Below, in pieces: positions 9,586-18,376 of a stretch of 64,000 nt of DNA; within the stretch, counting starts at the first letter, position 1; every line of letters begins with the position of its first letter. The DNA is from Chloroflexota bacterium (GTDB taxonomy: Bacteria > Chloroflexota > UBA11872 > VXOZ01). The translations under genes were made by a program, and so were the position numbers. The notes under the pieces are model-generated. The model worked only from the letters and a program-made list of their open reading frames with translations, was not told the DNA's origin and searched no databases. The stretch is from assembly GCA_963662335.2 (NCBI GenBank), contig CAXXVD010000003.1, positions 160,001-224,000 of the forward strand, given 5' to 3'.

Positions 9586-11211
9586 ATGGGGTCGACCGGA
9601 TCCTGGCGCAGGGATTTTGCGTCCGGCGCGATTGCCGCCGTGGTCTTTCTGGCCGTCATTTTCGTCGCGCGCTTCGCGTGGCAGATTCCCGCCTTGCCGG
9701 AAGCGGTGGCGGAACGCATCCTGAGCTTCGTGCCGCCGGCGCTCTTCGAGGCCGTGGTGCAGGTGCTTGGCACGCTGGCCAAGAAGCTCAACTTCTACGC
9801 GATTCTCGTCGCCATCGTCGGCGCGGGCGGACTCCTGGGGCTGCTCTACGGCCGGCTCCTCGCCCGGCTCGGCCCCGGCGCGGGCGGCGGCGAACGAACG
9901 TCAATGGCGCTGGTGTACGGCCTGGGCTACGGCCTAGCGCTGTGGCTCGTGTACGCGGTGACCATGTCGCCGTTCGTGTTGCGCGGCTTCTTTGGGCTCG
10001 ACGCCTCCGTGCCGGTCTACCAGGCCGTGGCAACCGACGTGATCGCCTTCCTGGCCTTTGGCCTCACGCTGGCGTTCGTGCGGCAGCCGTTCACGCCGGA
10101 GGCGCTGGCCACCGGCTCTGAGAACTTGCTCTCGCGCCGCTCGTTGGCGCCGTTGGCGGCGTCCGGCCTGGCCGTGGGCGGCGCGTACGCCCTCAACCGC
10201 GCGCTGGGCGCGCAATCGCAAGGACTGGCGGCGGAACCGGTGGTTACGACCACCACGTCTCCCAGCGGCGAGGAACTCCCCATCTTCCGCCAGGGCTTCG
10301 AGGGATTGCAACCGCTGGTAACCCCCAACGATCAGTTCTACGTCATCTCCAAGAACATGATCGACCCCACCGTGGACGTGAACGACTGGACTCTCACCAT
10401 CACCGGCATGGTGGACAACCGGATGGAGTTAGACTACGCGGCGTTCACGGCTCTGCCCACCCAGCAGCAGTACTGCACCCTGCAGTGCATCAGCAATGAG
10501 GTGGGCGGCGATCTGATAGGCAACGCGCTCTGGGAAGGCGTGCGGCTGTGGGACCTGCTGACTATGGCCGGCATCCAACCGGGCGTGAAGGACATCGTGC
10601 TGCACGCGGCGGACGGCTACCAGGAGAGCATCCCGCTGGAGAAGGCGCAGGACCCCAACGTGATCGCGGCCTTCCGCATGAACGGTGCGACGCTGCCCAA
10701 CAACCACGGCTTTCCGGTGCGCCTGGTGGTGCCGAACATCTACGGCATGAAGAACGTGAAGTGGCTGACCCGCATCGAGCCGGTGGACCACGACTTCAAG
10801 GGCTTCTGGCAGCAGCGCGGCTGGAGCGACGAGGCGATCATCAAGACCATGTCCCGCATCGACGCGCCGCTTCACGGCGCAAACGTGAGCGCCAAGGTGG
10901 AGCGGCAGGTCTTGATCGGCGGCATCGCCTTTGCCGGCAATCGCGGCATTAGCAAGGTGGAGGTGAGCATCGACGAGGGCGGCGCGTGGCAAGAAGCGGA
11001 ACTGGGCACGGCGCTGGCGCCGTTCTCATGGGTGCAGTGGAAGACCACCTGGGAACCGCCGGTGGCGGCCGGCTACACCATCCGCGTTCGCGCGACCGAC
11101 GGCGACGGCGAACTGCAGGACGAGACGGAAATCGAGCCCGCCCCCAACGGCGCCTCCGGCTGGCATACCATCGAGACGCGCATCAGCGGCATCAGCGACG
11201 GACAGAAATAG
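9586..11211 (+). CDS. Molybdopterin-dependent oxidoreductase of the sulfite oxidase family with an N-terminal membrane domain
   Basis: TLQCISN (Moco Cys), NALWEGV, HGFPVRLVVP, YGMKNVKWL and WQQRGW motifs. C-terminal dimerisation domain (KVEVSIDEG...VRATD). Confidence 0.9.
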   Translation: MGSTGSWRRDFASGAIAAVVFLAVIFVARFAWQIPALPEAVAERILSFVPPALFEAVVQVLGTLAKKLNFYAILVAIVGAGGLLGLLYGRLLARLGPGAGGGERTSMALVYGLGYGLALWLVYAVTMSPFVLRGFFGLDASVPVYQAVATDVIAFLAFGLTLAFVRQPFTPEALATGSENLLSRRSLAPLAASGLAVGGAYALNRALGAQSQGLAAEPVVTTTTSPSGEELPIFRQGFEGLQPLVTPNDQFYVISKNMIDPTVDVNDWTLTITGMVDNRMELDYAAFTALPTQQQYCTLQCISNEVGGDLIGNALWEGVRLWDLLTMAGIQPGVKDIVLHAADGYQESIPLEKAQDPNVIAAFRMNGATLPNNHGFPVRLVVPNIYGMKNVKWLTRIEPVDHDFKGFWQQRGWSDEAIIKTMSRIDAPLHGANVSAKVERQVLIGGIAFAGNRGISKVEVSIDEGGAWQEAELGTALAPFSWVQWKTTWEPPVAAGYTIRVRATDGDGELQDETEIEPAPNGASGWHTIETRISGISDGQK

Positions 11212-11464
11212 CGGGAGCCTGAGCGCGCCGGCCACACAGTGGAATGAAACGTGGGACGGCCCCCTGACCGTCATTCCCGCGTTCACGGGAATGACGGAGG
11301 CTATGGTGATTGCTCTGCGCAGCATGTGGCTTGCGCTTCATTGGTGTGCCGCGTTTCAGCGCACTGCCGCTCGCGTGCGGCAGGCTTGACCGGGTTTGTC
11401 GAGCCTGCCTATCATGGCGCCGTCTCTTGCGGCCCACGCCCGCCATTGAAAGGACTCTCGTCAG

Positions 11465-12856
11465 TTGGAGCCGGTGATTTCCCCCAATGGAGGCAGCGTT
11501 CAAGGCCGTGAGGCGCTTCACGAGCGTTTCGGCAGCCGCATTTCCGTCAATGCCGACTTCACGCGCAAGGCGGTTTCCTATCAAGGAAATCGAGCCGTCC
11601 CCGGTCTGCGCTGGATGAAGTACAAAGAGGGCTTTTCGCGCGGGCTCGTCGAGCGCTTCATCGCGGAACACAAACCAACGGCCGTGCTCGATCCGTTTGC
11701 CGGCATCGGCACCACCCCCTTGATTGCCGCGGGCAAGGGGACTGCGGCAACGGGGATTGAGATAATGCCCGTGGGCGTGTTGGTGGGCAGCGCGATTACC
11801 CATGCCGCCAACGGGGTTTCCAAGGCGGCGCTCGCAGCCGCGGGCAGCGAATTGCTTGGCAGCGTGTCGTCCAACGAGCCTGCTCCAGAAGGGTTTGCGT
11901 TTCCTCACGTCGCCATTACGCGGGCGGCTTTTCCCGAGGCGACGGAGATAGCCATTGCCAAGGCCCGGCAGTTCATAGCCGCCGTCGATGATCAGGCGCT
12001 GCAAACGCTGCTGAACGCGGCCTGTATGACAATCCTGGAAGACGTCAGCTATACGCGCAAGGACGGCCAGTACCTGCGGTGGGACTACCGGTCCGGCCGC
12101 ACGCTGCGGGCGAAAGTGCACAAGGGGCCAATTCTCTCGTTCGAGCACGCGCTGGGGGCGCGGCTCTTCGAGATGGTTCAGGACATGGACACGCTGAAAC
12201 AAGAATACGGTGGCAGCAGTCCACAGTTGATCGTTGGGTCTTGCCTGGATTCGATGCGGGAGATGGAAGATGCGCGTTTCGACATGGCGCTGACTTCTCC
12301 TCCCTATGCCAACAGGTACGACTACACCCGCACGTACGCGCTGGAACTTGCCTGGCTCGGCTTCGATCAGAACGGTTTTGCCGAACTCCGGCAACAGATG
12401 CTCTCCGCTACGGTAGAGAACAAGACGAAGTTGCGGTGGCTGCGCCAGGTGTACGGCAAGAATCCTCGCCTGCTGGATGACGCGCTGCGCATGTACCAAG
12501 GCCAGGAAGCAATCCACGAAGTGCTCACTATCCTCAGGAGCCGCGTCGATGAGTTGGGCAACCGGCACGTGATCAGGTTGTTGGAAGGGTACTTCCAGGA
12601 GATGGCAATCGTCGTGGCGGAATTGGGCCGGCTCATCCGCCCCGGCGGCACCGTAATCATGGTAAACGACAACGTCCAGTACCACGGCGAGGAGGCGCCG
12701 GTAGACCTCATCCTGTCCGACTTTGCCGAGCAGGCGGGGTTCAGGTGCGAGCATATTTGGATGCTGCCGCGCGGCAAGGGGAACTCGAGCCAGCAGATGG
12801 GCCGATTCGGCAGGCGCGAGATCAGAAAATGCGTCTACAAGTGGGTGCGGACGTGA
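11465..12856 (+). CDS. Type II DNA methyltransferase, N4-cytosine type, alpha motif order (AvaI/BsoBI-like)
   Basis: LDPFAGIGTT (motif I) precedes TSPPY (motif IV). Also carries RKDGQYLRWD, NRYDYTRTYALEL and GNSSQQMG blocks, which I recall from AvaI-type MTases. Confidence 0.85.
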   Translation: MEPVISPNGGSVQGREALHERFGSRISVNADFTRKAVSYQGNRAVPGLRWMKYKEGFSRGLVERFIAEHKPTAVLDPFAGIGTTPLIAAGKGTAATGIEIMPVGVLVGSAITHAANGVSKAALAAAGSELLGSVSSNEPAPEGFAFPHVAITRAAFPEATEIAIAKARQFIAAVDDQALQTLLNAACMTILEDVSYTRKDGQYLRWDYRSGRTLRAKVHKGPILSFEHALGARLFEMVQDMDTLKQEYGGSSPQLIVGSCLDSMREMEDARFDMALTSPPYANRYDYTRTYALELAWLGFDQNGFAELRQQMLSATVENKTKLRWLRQVYGKNPRLLDDALRMYQGQEAIHEVLTILRSRVDELGNRHVIRLLEGYFQEMAIVVAELGRLIRPGGTVIMVNDNVQYHGEEAPVDLILSDFAEQAGFRCEHIWMLPRGKGNSSQQMGRFGRREIRKCVYKWVRT

Positions 12857-13797
12857 CCGGTCTGGACGACGCGCGGCTCCGGTCAACGCTGATGTCGGAG
12901 CGAATCCGGCAGCGGACTGATCAAACGCTCAGAAGGCTGATCCAGGATTTCGCGGAAGAGTTGGACTACCTTCCGCTTGATGAGCTGATGATCAGCGAAC
13001 AAGCCTGGCGCCTCGTCATCGCATCCGGGAGCGAACCCAGGCTCGTGTTTGCCCATCCCGACGTGCTGCAAAGACATCCCCAAACCTCGCAATACTACCG
13101 CGGCATAGCGCTGCTGCCGCAGAAGCGGGTTGCGGACATCGCGGCGCCTGTATCCTCCTGGGAAGACGGCACACGCAAGTCACCCATCCGAGACGAACAG
13201 AGCTTGCGCGTAGCTCGACTCTATAACGCGGTGATCTCCTCGATCATCGAGGGCACGACGAATTGGACCCTTGAGAATGGCTATCGGAACATCATCGCCA
13301 ACATGGGTATTGGGCTTGATGGGACGTTTCGCAATATCATCGGTCAGGATGCCGAGAAGCTGGTTAAGACGCGAATCAAGAACTGGCTTCACAGCCGGCA
13401 ATTGATTCTGGACGAGAGCGCCGACGGAACAGAATTTCAACTGCCAAGCGGCTACCGGATGCAATTCGGCTCCGAACCCGACATTCTGTTTCTCCAAGAG
13501 GCTGAGAGCCGGCAGATTGAGATCGCAACCATAGAAGTCAAGGGGGGCAAAGACCCGGCCGGCGCGCTCGAACGCCTTGGCGCGATGCAGAAGAGCTTCG
13601 AAGCAACCCCGCCTGGCTGCGTGAATTTCCTGGTCGCGGGCGTGGTTACACAGGAGATGAAAACCAGGCTGAACGCCATGGGCGTGGTAAAGGTGTTTCT
13701 GCTCGATGAGTTGTCCCACGACGGGGAGAAATGGAGCGACTTTCTCAACGAAGTCTTCCACTATACGGTGCGGATTACCAAATCGGTCGTGACTTAG
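12853..13797 (+). CDS. Type II restriction endonuclease (XcyI-like, PD-(D/E)XK)
   Basis: EPDI...IEVKGG catalytic motif. The GTG start overlaps the MTase stop codon (GTGA). Confidence 0.78.
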   Translation: MTGLDDARLRSTLMSERIRQRTDQTLRRLIQDFAEELDYLPLDELMISEQAWRLVIASGSEPRLVFAHPDVLQRHPQTSQYYRGIALLPQKRVADIAAPVSSWEDGTRKSPIRDEQSLRVARLYNAVISSIIEGTTNWTLENGYRNIIANMGIGLDGTFRNIIGQDAEKLVKTRIKNWLHSRQLILDESADGTEFQLPSGYRMQFGSEPDILFLQEAESRQIEIATIEVKGGKDPAGALERLGAMQKSFEATPPGCVNFLVAGVVTQEMKTRLNAMGVVKVFLLDELSHDGEKWSDFLNEVFHYTVRITKSVVT

Positions 13798-13907
13798 GGT
13801 CTCGCCGGATCAAGAGTTGCTTGACTCCGTCACTTGCACTACGCGCTCCGGGCCGGATTAGCGCGTGGCGCTACCCGGCGCATTGAGAATACCGCTTGAA
13901 GCAAGAG

Positions 13908-14969
13908 CTAGAGGCGGCCTGAGAGCGAGCCAATGCCCAGGGTTGCCGCCATGGCGTCCAGGTCTTCCACGATTTGGCTGGCGAAGGCGATGCCGTCGCG
14001 CAGGAAGTTCTCTTTGCGTTCCAGTTCGATTTCGCCGGGCAGGTAGATGCGCTCTACGCCTTTCGCCTTTTCCGAGTCGCGCATCTGGCGGATTTGCGCG
14101 TCCATGCGCTCTTTGAACTCGTCCACCGGCATCATGTGGGCGATGTCCAGCGCCAGGAAGAGGTGGCCCATGGCCTGGGGGGTGTTGGGAATGCCGCCCC
14201 GGCGCACGTCCTGGCCGAAGAGCGCGCCGGTGAGCACGCCGCAGAGCGCGTCCATCACCACCGCCAGGCCGTAGCCCTTGGGGCCGCCGACCGGCGCCAT
14301 GAGCGTGGCGATACTGGGGTCTGTGGTGGGCACACCCTCGTCGGTCAGCGCCCAATCGAGCGGTATCGGCTCGCCCTTGCGCTTGGCCAACGCCACCTTG
14401 CCGGCCGCCACCACGCTCACGGCCATGTCGAGCATCAGCGGGCGTTCCTCACCCGCGGGAATGGCGTAGGCCAGCGGGGTGTTGCTCAAGCTGGGCGTGA
14501 CGCCGCCAAAGGGCGCCATGACCTGCACGCCGTTGGTGGAGCAAAAGCCGACGGCGTCGTGGTCCAGGGCGCGCAGGGTGTAGAAGGCGGCCGCGCCGAA
14601 GTGGTTGCTCTCGCGCACGCCCACCGCGCCGATGCCGAATTGCTTCGCCTTTTCAATTGCCAGGTCCATGGCCTGAACGGCCGCCAGTTGTCCCATGGCG
14701 TTGCGCCCGCTGATGAGGGCGGTGGCCCCGCTGTCACTCACTACCTCCGGCGTAGCGGCGGGGTCGATGGCGCCAACCTGGATCCAATTGGCGTAGAGCG
14801 GCAGGAAGTTGCTGCCGTGGGTGAAGACGCCGGTCAGATCGGCATGGACCAACGACTGCGCCACAAGCGATGCTTCCCCCGGCAGCATACCGACTTTGCA
14901 GAGCGCTTCGGTGTCGAACTCTTCCATAGTCGTGGCCGGGACGCGGACGATTCCAGCTTCAGCGGACAT
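13908..14969 (-). CDS. Ldh_2 family oxidoreductase (malate/L-lactate/sulfolactate dehydrogenase-like)
   Basis: ADLTGVFTHG, SNHFGAA, NTPLAYAIP, LDMAVS, KGYGL and YLPGE motifs. Confidence 0.9.
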   Translation of the reverse strand: MSAEAGIVRVPATTMEEFDTEALCKVGMLPGEASLVAQSLVHADLTGVFTHGSNFLPLYANWIQVGAIDPAATPEVVSDSGATALISGRNAMGQLAAVQAMDLAIEKAKQFGIGAVGVRESNHFGAAAFYTLRALDHDAVGFCSTNGVQVMAPFGGVTPSLSNTPLAYAIPAGEERPLMLDMAVSVVAAGKVALAKRKGEPIPLDWALTDEGVPTTDPSIATLMAPVGGPKGYGLAVVMDALCGVLTGALFGQDVRRGGIPNTPQAMGHLFLALDIAHMMPVDEFKERMDAQIRQMRDSEKAKGVERIYLPGEIELERKENFLRDGIAFASQIVEDLDAMAATLGIGSLSGRL

Positions 14970-15037
14970 AGATTACGTCTCCCTCATTGGTTCGTTCAAC
15001 ACTGGCGCGCTCAGCAAGGCCATACCCGCGACCCGTC

Positions 15038-16129
15038 TCAGCGCGCGCCGTCGTTCCACATCCGGGCGCGTTCCATGAAGACCAACGGACTCTCCGTCCA
15101 TTCCGCATAGCCGATGCGCCGGTTGTCGGTCAGCCAGTTGATCTTTTCATCGATGCACGCGGCGAGCGCGGCATCCTCGATGGCGAGCGTAAAGCCGCCG
15201 TGCTCCACCGCCTCGTCCAAGGCCGTAACCGCCAGGCCGTCGCCGGCGGCGCGCGCGGCGTCGCGGTTGCCGATTTCGCCGCGGGCCAGCGCGTCGACCT
15301 CGCCGGCGCGCAGGGCCGCGATTAGCTCCGCCTCGCCCAGTTCATCCCCCAAATAGACCACCTGCGGCTTGGTCTCGTCAGGCGGGTAGAGATGCCGCCT
15401 GCCGCTGAGATTCTCCGTTGTGCCCGCGGCGGTGATGACGTAGTTGGCGCTGCCGTCGGCGGTCACCATGCCCTGGGGCGTCTCGACGCGCGTACCCGCC
15501 GCCAGCACGCCGTTCGCGTCTACCAGGCCGGTCAGTTCCAGCAGGCGGAATTCGCCCGTGGTGCCGGCCAGCGCGCCCACGCGCACGCCGCCGGTCAGAG
15601 CGGCGTGGCTGTCCAGGCGTTCCGTGTCCGCGGCGCGCACCAGCAGCGACTGGCGAAAGATGATGTGTCCGCCGGTAAAGACGACCGCCGGCTTGCCCGC
15701 CGTATCCCGGGTGCGCGACTCAAGGATCGTGATGCCGCCGCCGATGATGTCGTACTCCGGTCCGGCGGAGCGCAGCCAAATGCCGTCCCACTGCGCGATG
15801 CCCCGGCGGGAGAAAGCCAGACCCGCGCCTTCTAGAGCTTCCAGCGCGCTGAGCAGGTCCGCCTCGTAGCCGCGATGCGCGTTGAAACCGGCGGCGTCCG
15901 GGTCGGCGGCGGCGCTGTAGCTCACGGGCGCAAAGTAGGCGTAGAACCCCACGTTCAACACGCGCCCCGGCTCCACGCAGGCTGCCCTGCTATCCACCGC
16001 CACACGTTCGACTCGGGCAACACCCGCCCCGCAAGCGGCAAGCCACACCAGCGCAATGCCCAGCGCCAGCGCCTTGATTGAAATCACGCTAAAGCCGGCA
16101 ACGGCCGCGGTCAACAAGAGCCTCCTCAT
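15038..16129 (-). CDS. Transporter substrate-binding protein (family 3-like)
   Basis: Signal/lipobox WLAACG; FAPVSY, GYEADLL, GGITILESR and VGALAGTTGE motifs. Confidence 0.7.
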   Translation of the reverse strand: MRRLLLTAAVAGFSVISIKALALGIALVWLAACGAGVARVERVAVDSRAACVEPGRVLNVGFYAYFAPVSYSAAADPDAAGFNAHRGYEADLLSALEALEGAGLAFSRRGIAQWDGIWLRSAGPEYDIIGGGITILESRTRDTAGKPAVVFTGGHIIFRQSLLVRAADTERLDSHAALTGGVRVGALAGTTGEFRLLELTGLVDANGVLAAGTRVETPQGMVTADGSANYVITAAGTTENLSGRRHLYPPDETKPQVVYLGDELGEAELIAALRAGEVDALARGEIGNRDAARAAGDGLAVTALDEAVEHGGFTLAIEDAALAACIDEKINWLTDNRRIGYAEWTESPLVFMERARMWNDGAR

Positions 16130-16218
16130 GAGGGGATAGCGTGTAAGCCTCTGGACGCGAACAATCTAGTGCTCTGCCAGTATAGCATTCATGGCGCCGG
16201 TCGGCGGACGCTGGCCGG

Positions 16219-16809
16219 TTAGGCGCTTGCCGGCTCGCCCAGCGACGCGACCAGCGCCTCCGCCTCGGTGGGTTTCCGCAGTTCAATCACCCGTAGGTGA
16301 GAAAAAGCCCTGTCATTGAGGATTTTCCTGTACTTCCGCCGCCGTCTCCGGTAGCCGGCAACCGCCCACAGGATGATGGAATCCCGGCTGAAGAACGCCT
16401 GCCGGATAGTCTCCCGATTGCCGGACCACATCTCTTCCCGGCTAATCGCCCGCCTGGTGGTGCGGTACAGGGCGCGCCACAACACCACCCGGAAGGAATA
16501 GTTGAGCCAGACGATAGCGGTGGCCCGGCCCCAGACGATGTCCCGGCTGACGCTGTAGTTGCCGTCCACCACCCACCTCTCCCCGGCCACGGCCTCGCTG
16601 ACCAGTTGGCGGAACTCCTGCGCCGGACGGGCTTCCCAGTTGGGCTTCCAGTTGATGGCGTCCAGTTCGACGTGGGGCGCTCCCAGCGCCAGGGACAATT
16701 GCCGCGCCAGGGTAGTCTTGCCGGAGCAGCTATTCCCCATTACTACCACCCGCGCCAGCGCCGGCCGCGCGGCCCCGCCCACCGTTGCCATTCCGGGGTC
16801 TCGTCGCAT
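16219..16809 (-). CDS. Adenylate kinase-like / FlaR (topology modulation) P-loop protein
   Basis: GNSCSGKTTLA, HVELD and WVVDGNY motifs. Confidence 0.85.
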   Translation of the reverse strand: MRRDPGMATVGGAARPALARVVVMGNSCSGKTTLARQLSLALGAPHVELDAINWKPNWEARPAQEFRQLVSEAVAGERWVVDGNYSVSRDIVWGRATAIVWLNYSFRVVLWRALYRTTRRAISREEMWSGNRETIRQAFFSRDSIILWAVAGYRRRRRKYRKILNDRAFSHLRVIELRKPTEAEALVASLGEPASA

Positions 16810-16821
16810 CTGGCCCTCACC

Positions 16822-17868
16822 TCAATTGGGAGCCGGCTTCTTGCGGGCCGCCCGCAGCAGCAGCCCCGCGATCACCAGGCAGATGGCGCCGGACACGCCC
16901 AGCAGCAGTATTGATGCTACCGTGTCCAGGAAGTGCAGGCGGCTGACGCTCTCGGAGACCTGCTTGAGGGCCACGGCCGCGCCGCCGCTCAGCACGGTCA
17001 CGCCGAATAAGCCGCGTATCCGCCCGGGTTCGACGAACTTGGTGGCTGTGGCGCCGACCTGCGCGCCGGCCGAGGCGGCGGCCAGCATGATGACGGCCAT
17101 GAGCAGGTCCACGTGGTTGCCGAGGGCGTAGATGAACGTGCCCACGGAGCCGGTGATGATGATCTGAAAGAGGTCGGTGCCGATGGCCATGACGGTGGGG
17201 ACTCCCACCACGTAGACCAACAACGGCATCAGGATGAACCCGCCGCCCGCCCCTAGCAGCCCGGCCATGAAACCCACGCCGAAACCGATGCTGACGGGCA
17301 CGAAGACGGAGATGCTCTGAATCCCCGAGAGGGGCAACGCTACCCGCGTGGGCGTGACTCCCCGCCCCGGCAGCCAGAGCGTGTGGGGCGGAATGCGCAG
17401 CGCCTGCACCCGGCGGGCCAGATTCTCGGTGGAAACCGCGTCGGCTTTGGCGGCGGCGCGGCGGCGCACCTTGACGTAGTCGTAGACGATGAACGAGCCC
17501 AATGCCCCTAGGAAGATGACGTAGATTAACCGGATGACCGGGCCGATGACGCCCGCCGCTTCCAGGGCCACGTTCAGCCGCTCCGCCAGAATCTCGCCGG
17601 GCACGGTGCCGCAGACCATCAGCAGCCCCAGCCGGAAGTCCACGTTGCCCAGGCCCTTGTGCTTCAGCATGTTGATGATGGAGGAACCCATCACCAGGGT
17701 GAGGCCGGTGCCCACGGCAAAGATGGGCGGCACGCCAAAGACCAGCAACCCGCCGGTGATCAGGAAGCCGCCGCCCACACCGAAGAAGCCGCCCAGGGTG
17801 CCCACGATCAGCCCCAGCAGCACGAGGAGCGCCGGGTCAACCACGACCCCGGCGTTGGGAAAGAACAC
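16822..17868 (-). CDS. Sulfite exporter TauE/SafE family membrane protein
   Basis: GGFFGVGGGFL and GLLGAGGGFIL duplicated motifs, AVGT/AIGTDL. GTG 17868 (MFFPNAG...) follows a GGGAG RBS. Confidence 0.88.
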   Translation of the reverse strand: MFFPNAGVVVDPALLVLLGLIVGTLGGFFGVGGGFLITGGLLVFGVPPIFAVGTGLTLVMGSSIINMLKHKGLGNVDFRLGLLMVCGTVPGEILAERLNVALEAAGVIGPVIRLIYVIFLGALGSFIVYDYVKVRRRAAAKADAVSTENLARRVQALRIPPHTLWLPGRGVTPTRVALPLSGIQSISVFVPVSIGFGVGFMAGLLGAGGGFILMPLLVYVVGVPTVMAIGTDLFQIIITGSVGTFIYALGNHVDLLMAVIMLAAASAGAQVGATATKFVEPGRIRGLFGVTVLSGGAAVALKQVSESVSRLHFLDTVASILLLGVSGAICLVIAGLLLRAARKKPAPN

Positions 17869-17870
17869 GG

Positions 17871-18044
17871 CTACTCCCGCCCCCGCGCGCCGGCCCAGGC
17901 GGCTGCGAGCCACCGCAAGACCACTTCCCAGAGGACGTAGAGGCCCAGCGCCGCCCCCGCCACCACCGCCATGACCAGCAAGGCCCACAGCAGCGGCGCC
18001 TGGCGGCCGGTTTCCCGCAAGAATTCGGTGAGCGCGTCGTACAT
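17871..18044 (-). CDS. Small single-TM membrane protein coupled to TauE (DVU0150-like, tentative)
   Basis: MYDALTEFLRETGRQAPLLWALLVMAVVAGAALGLYVLWEVV... Its stop lies 2 nt before the TauE start. Confidence 0.6.
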   Translation of the reverse strand: MYDALTEFLRETGRQAPLLWALLVMAVVAGAALGLYVLWEVVLRWLAAAWAGARGRE

Positions 18045-18288
18045 GGCTCTCAGTATAGCCAACTGCGGCCTGAGGCTGTAGACGAGGAAGTCTGCGACAG
18101 GCTCCAGCCGCAACGTGATGGCGTGTAAGCAAAGCCTGCGCAGCGGCCCGCTGGCAGTCATCCGGCGCCGTGACGCGCCCCGTTCCCGGCCGGCGGCTAC
18201 CATTGCCGTGCCGTTTCTCTTGATCATGGACAATCGCCGTCTTGAGAACTTTCAATTCTCGCGAATAGTCACTGGTAGTGGACTACAG

Positions 18289-18317
18289 TTGACATGTCTA
18301 GTCTATATGATTATCCT
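18289..18317 (+). promoter_or_regulatory. Sigma70-type promoter
   Basis: TTGACA-17 bp-TATCCT upstream of the CDS at 18377. A degenerate homolog lies upstream of the paralog near 35400. Confidence 0.55.
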
Positions 18318-18376
18318 AACTCACATATTGAGCGCCGCGGCAGCGGACACTGCCGCCAGGGACTGGAGGAGCGCCC

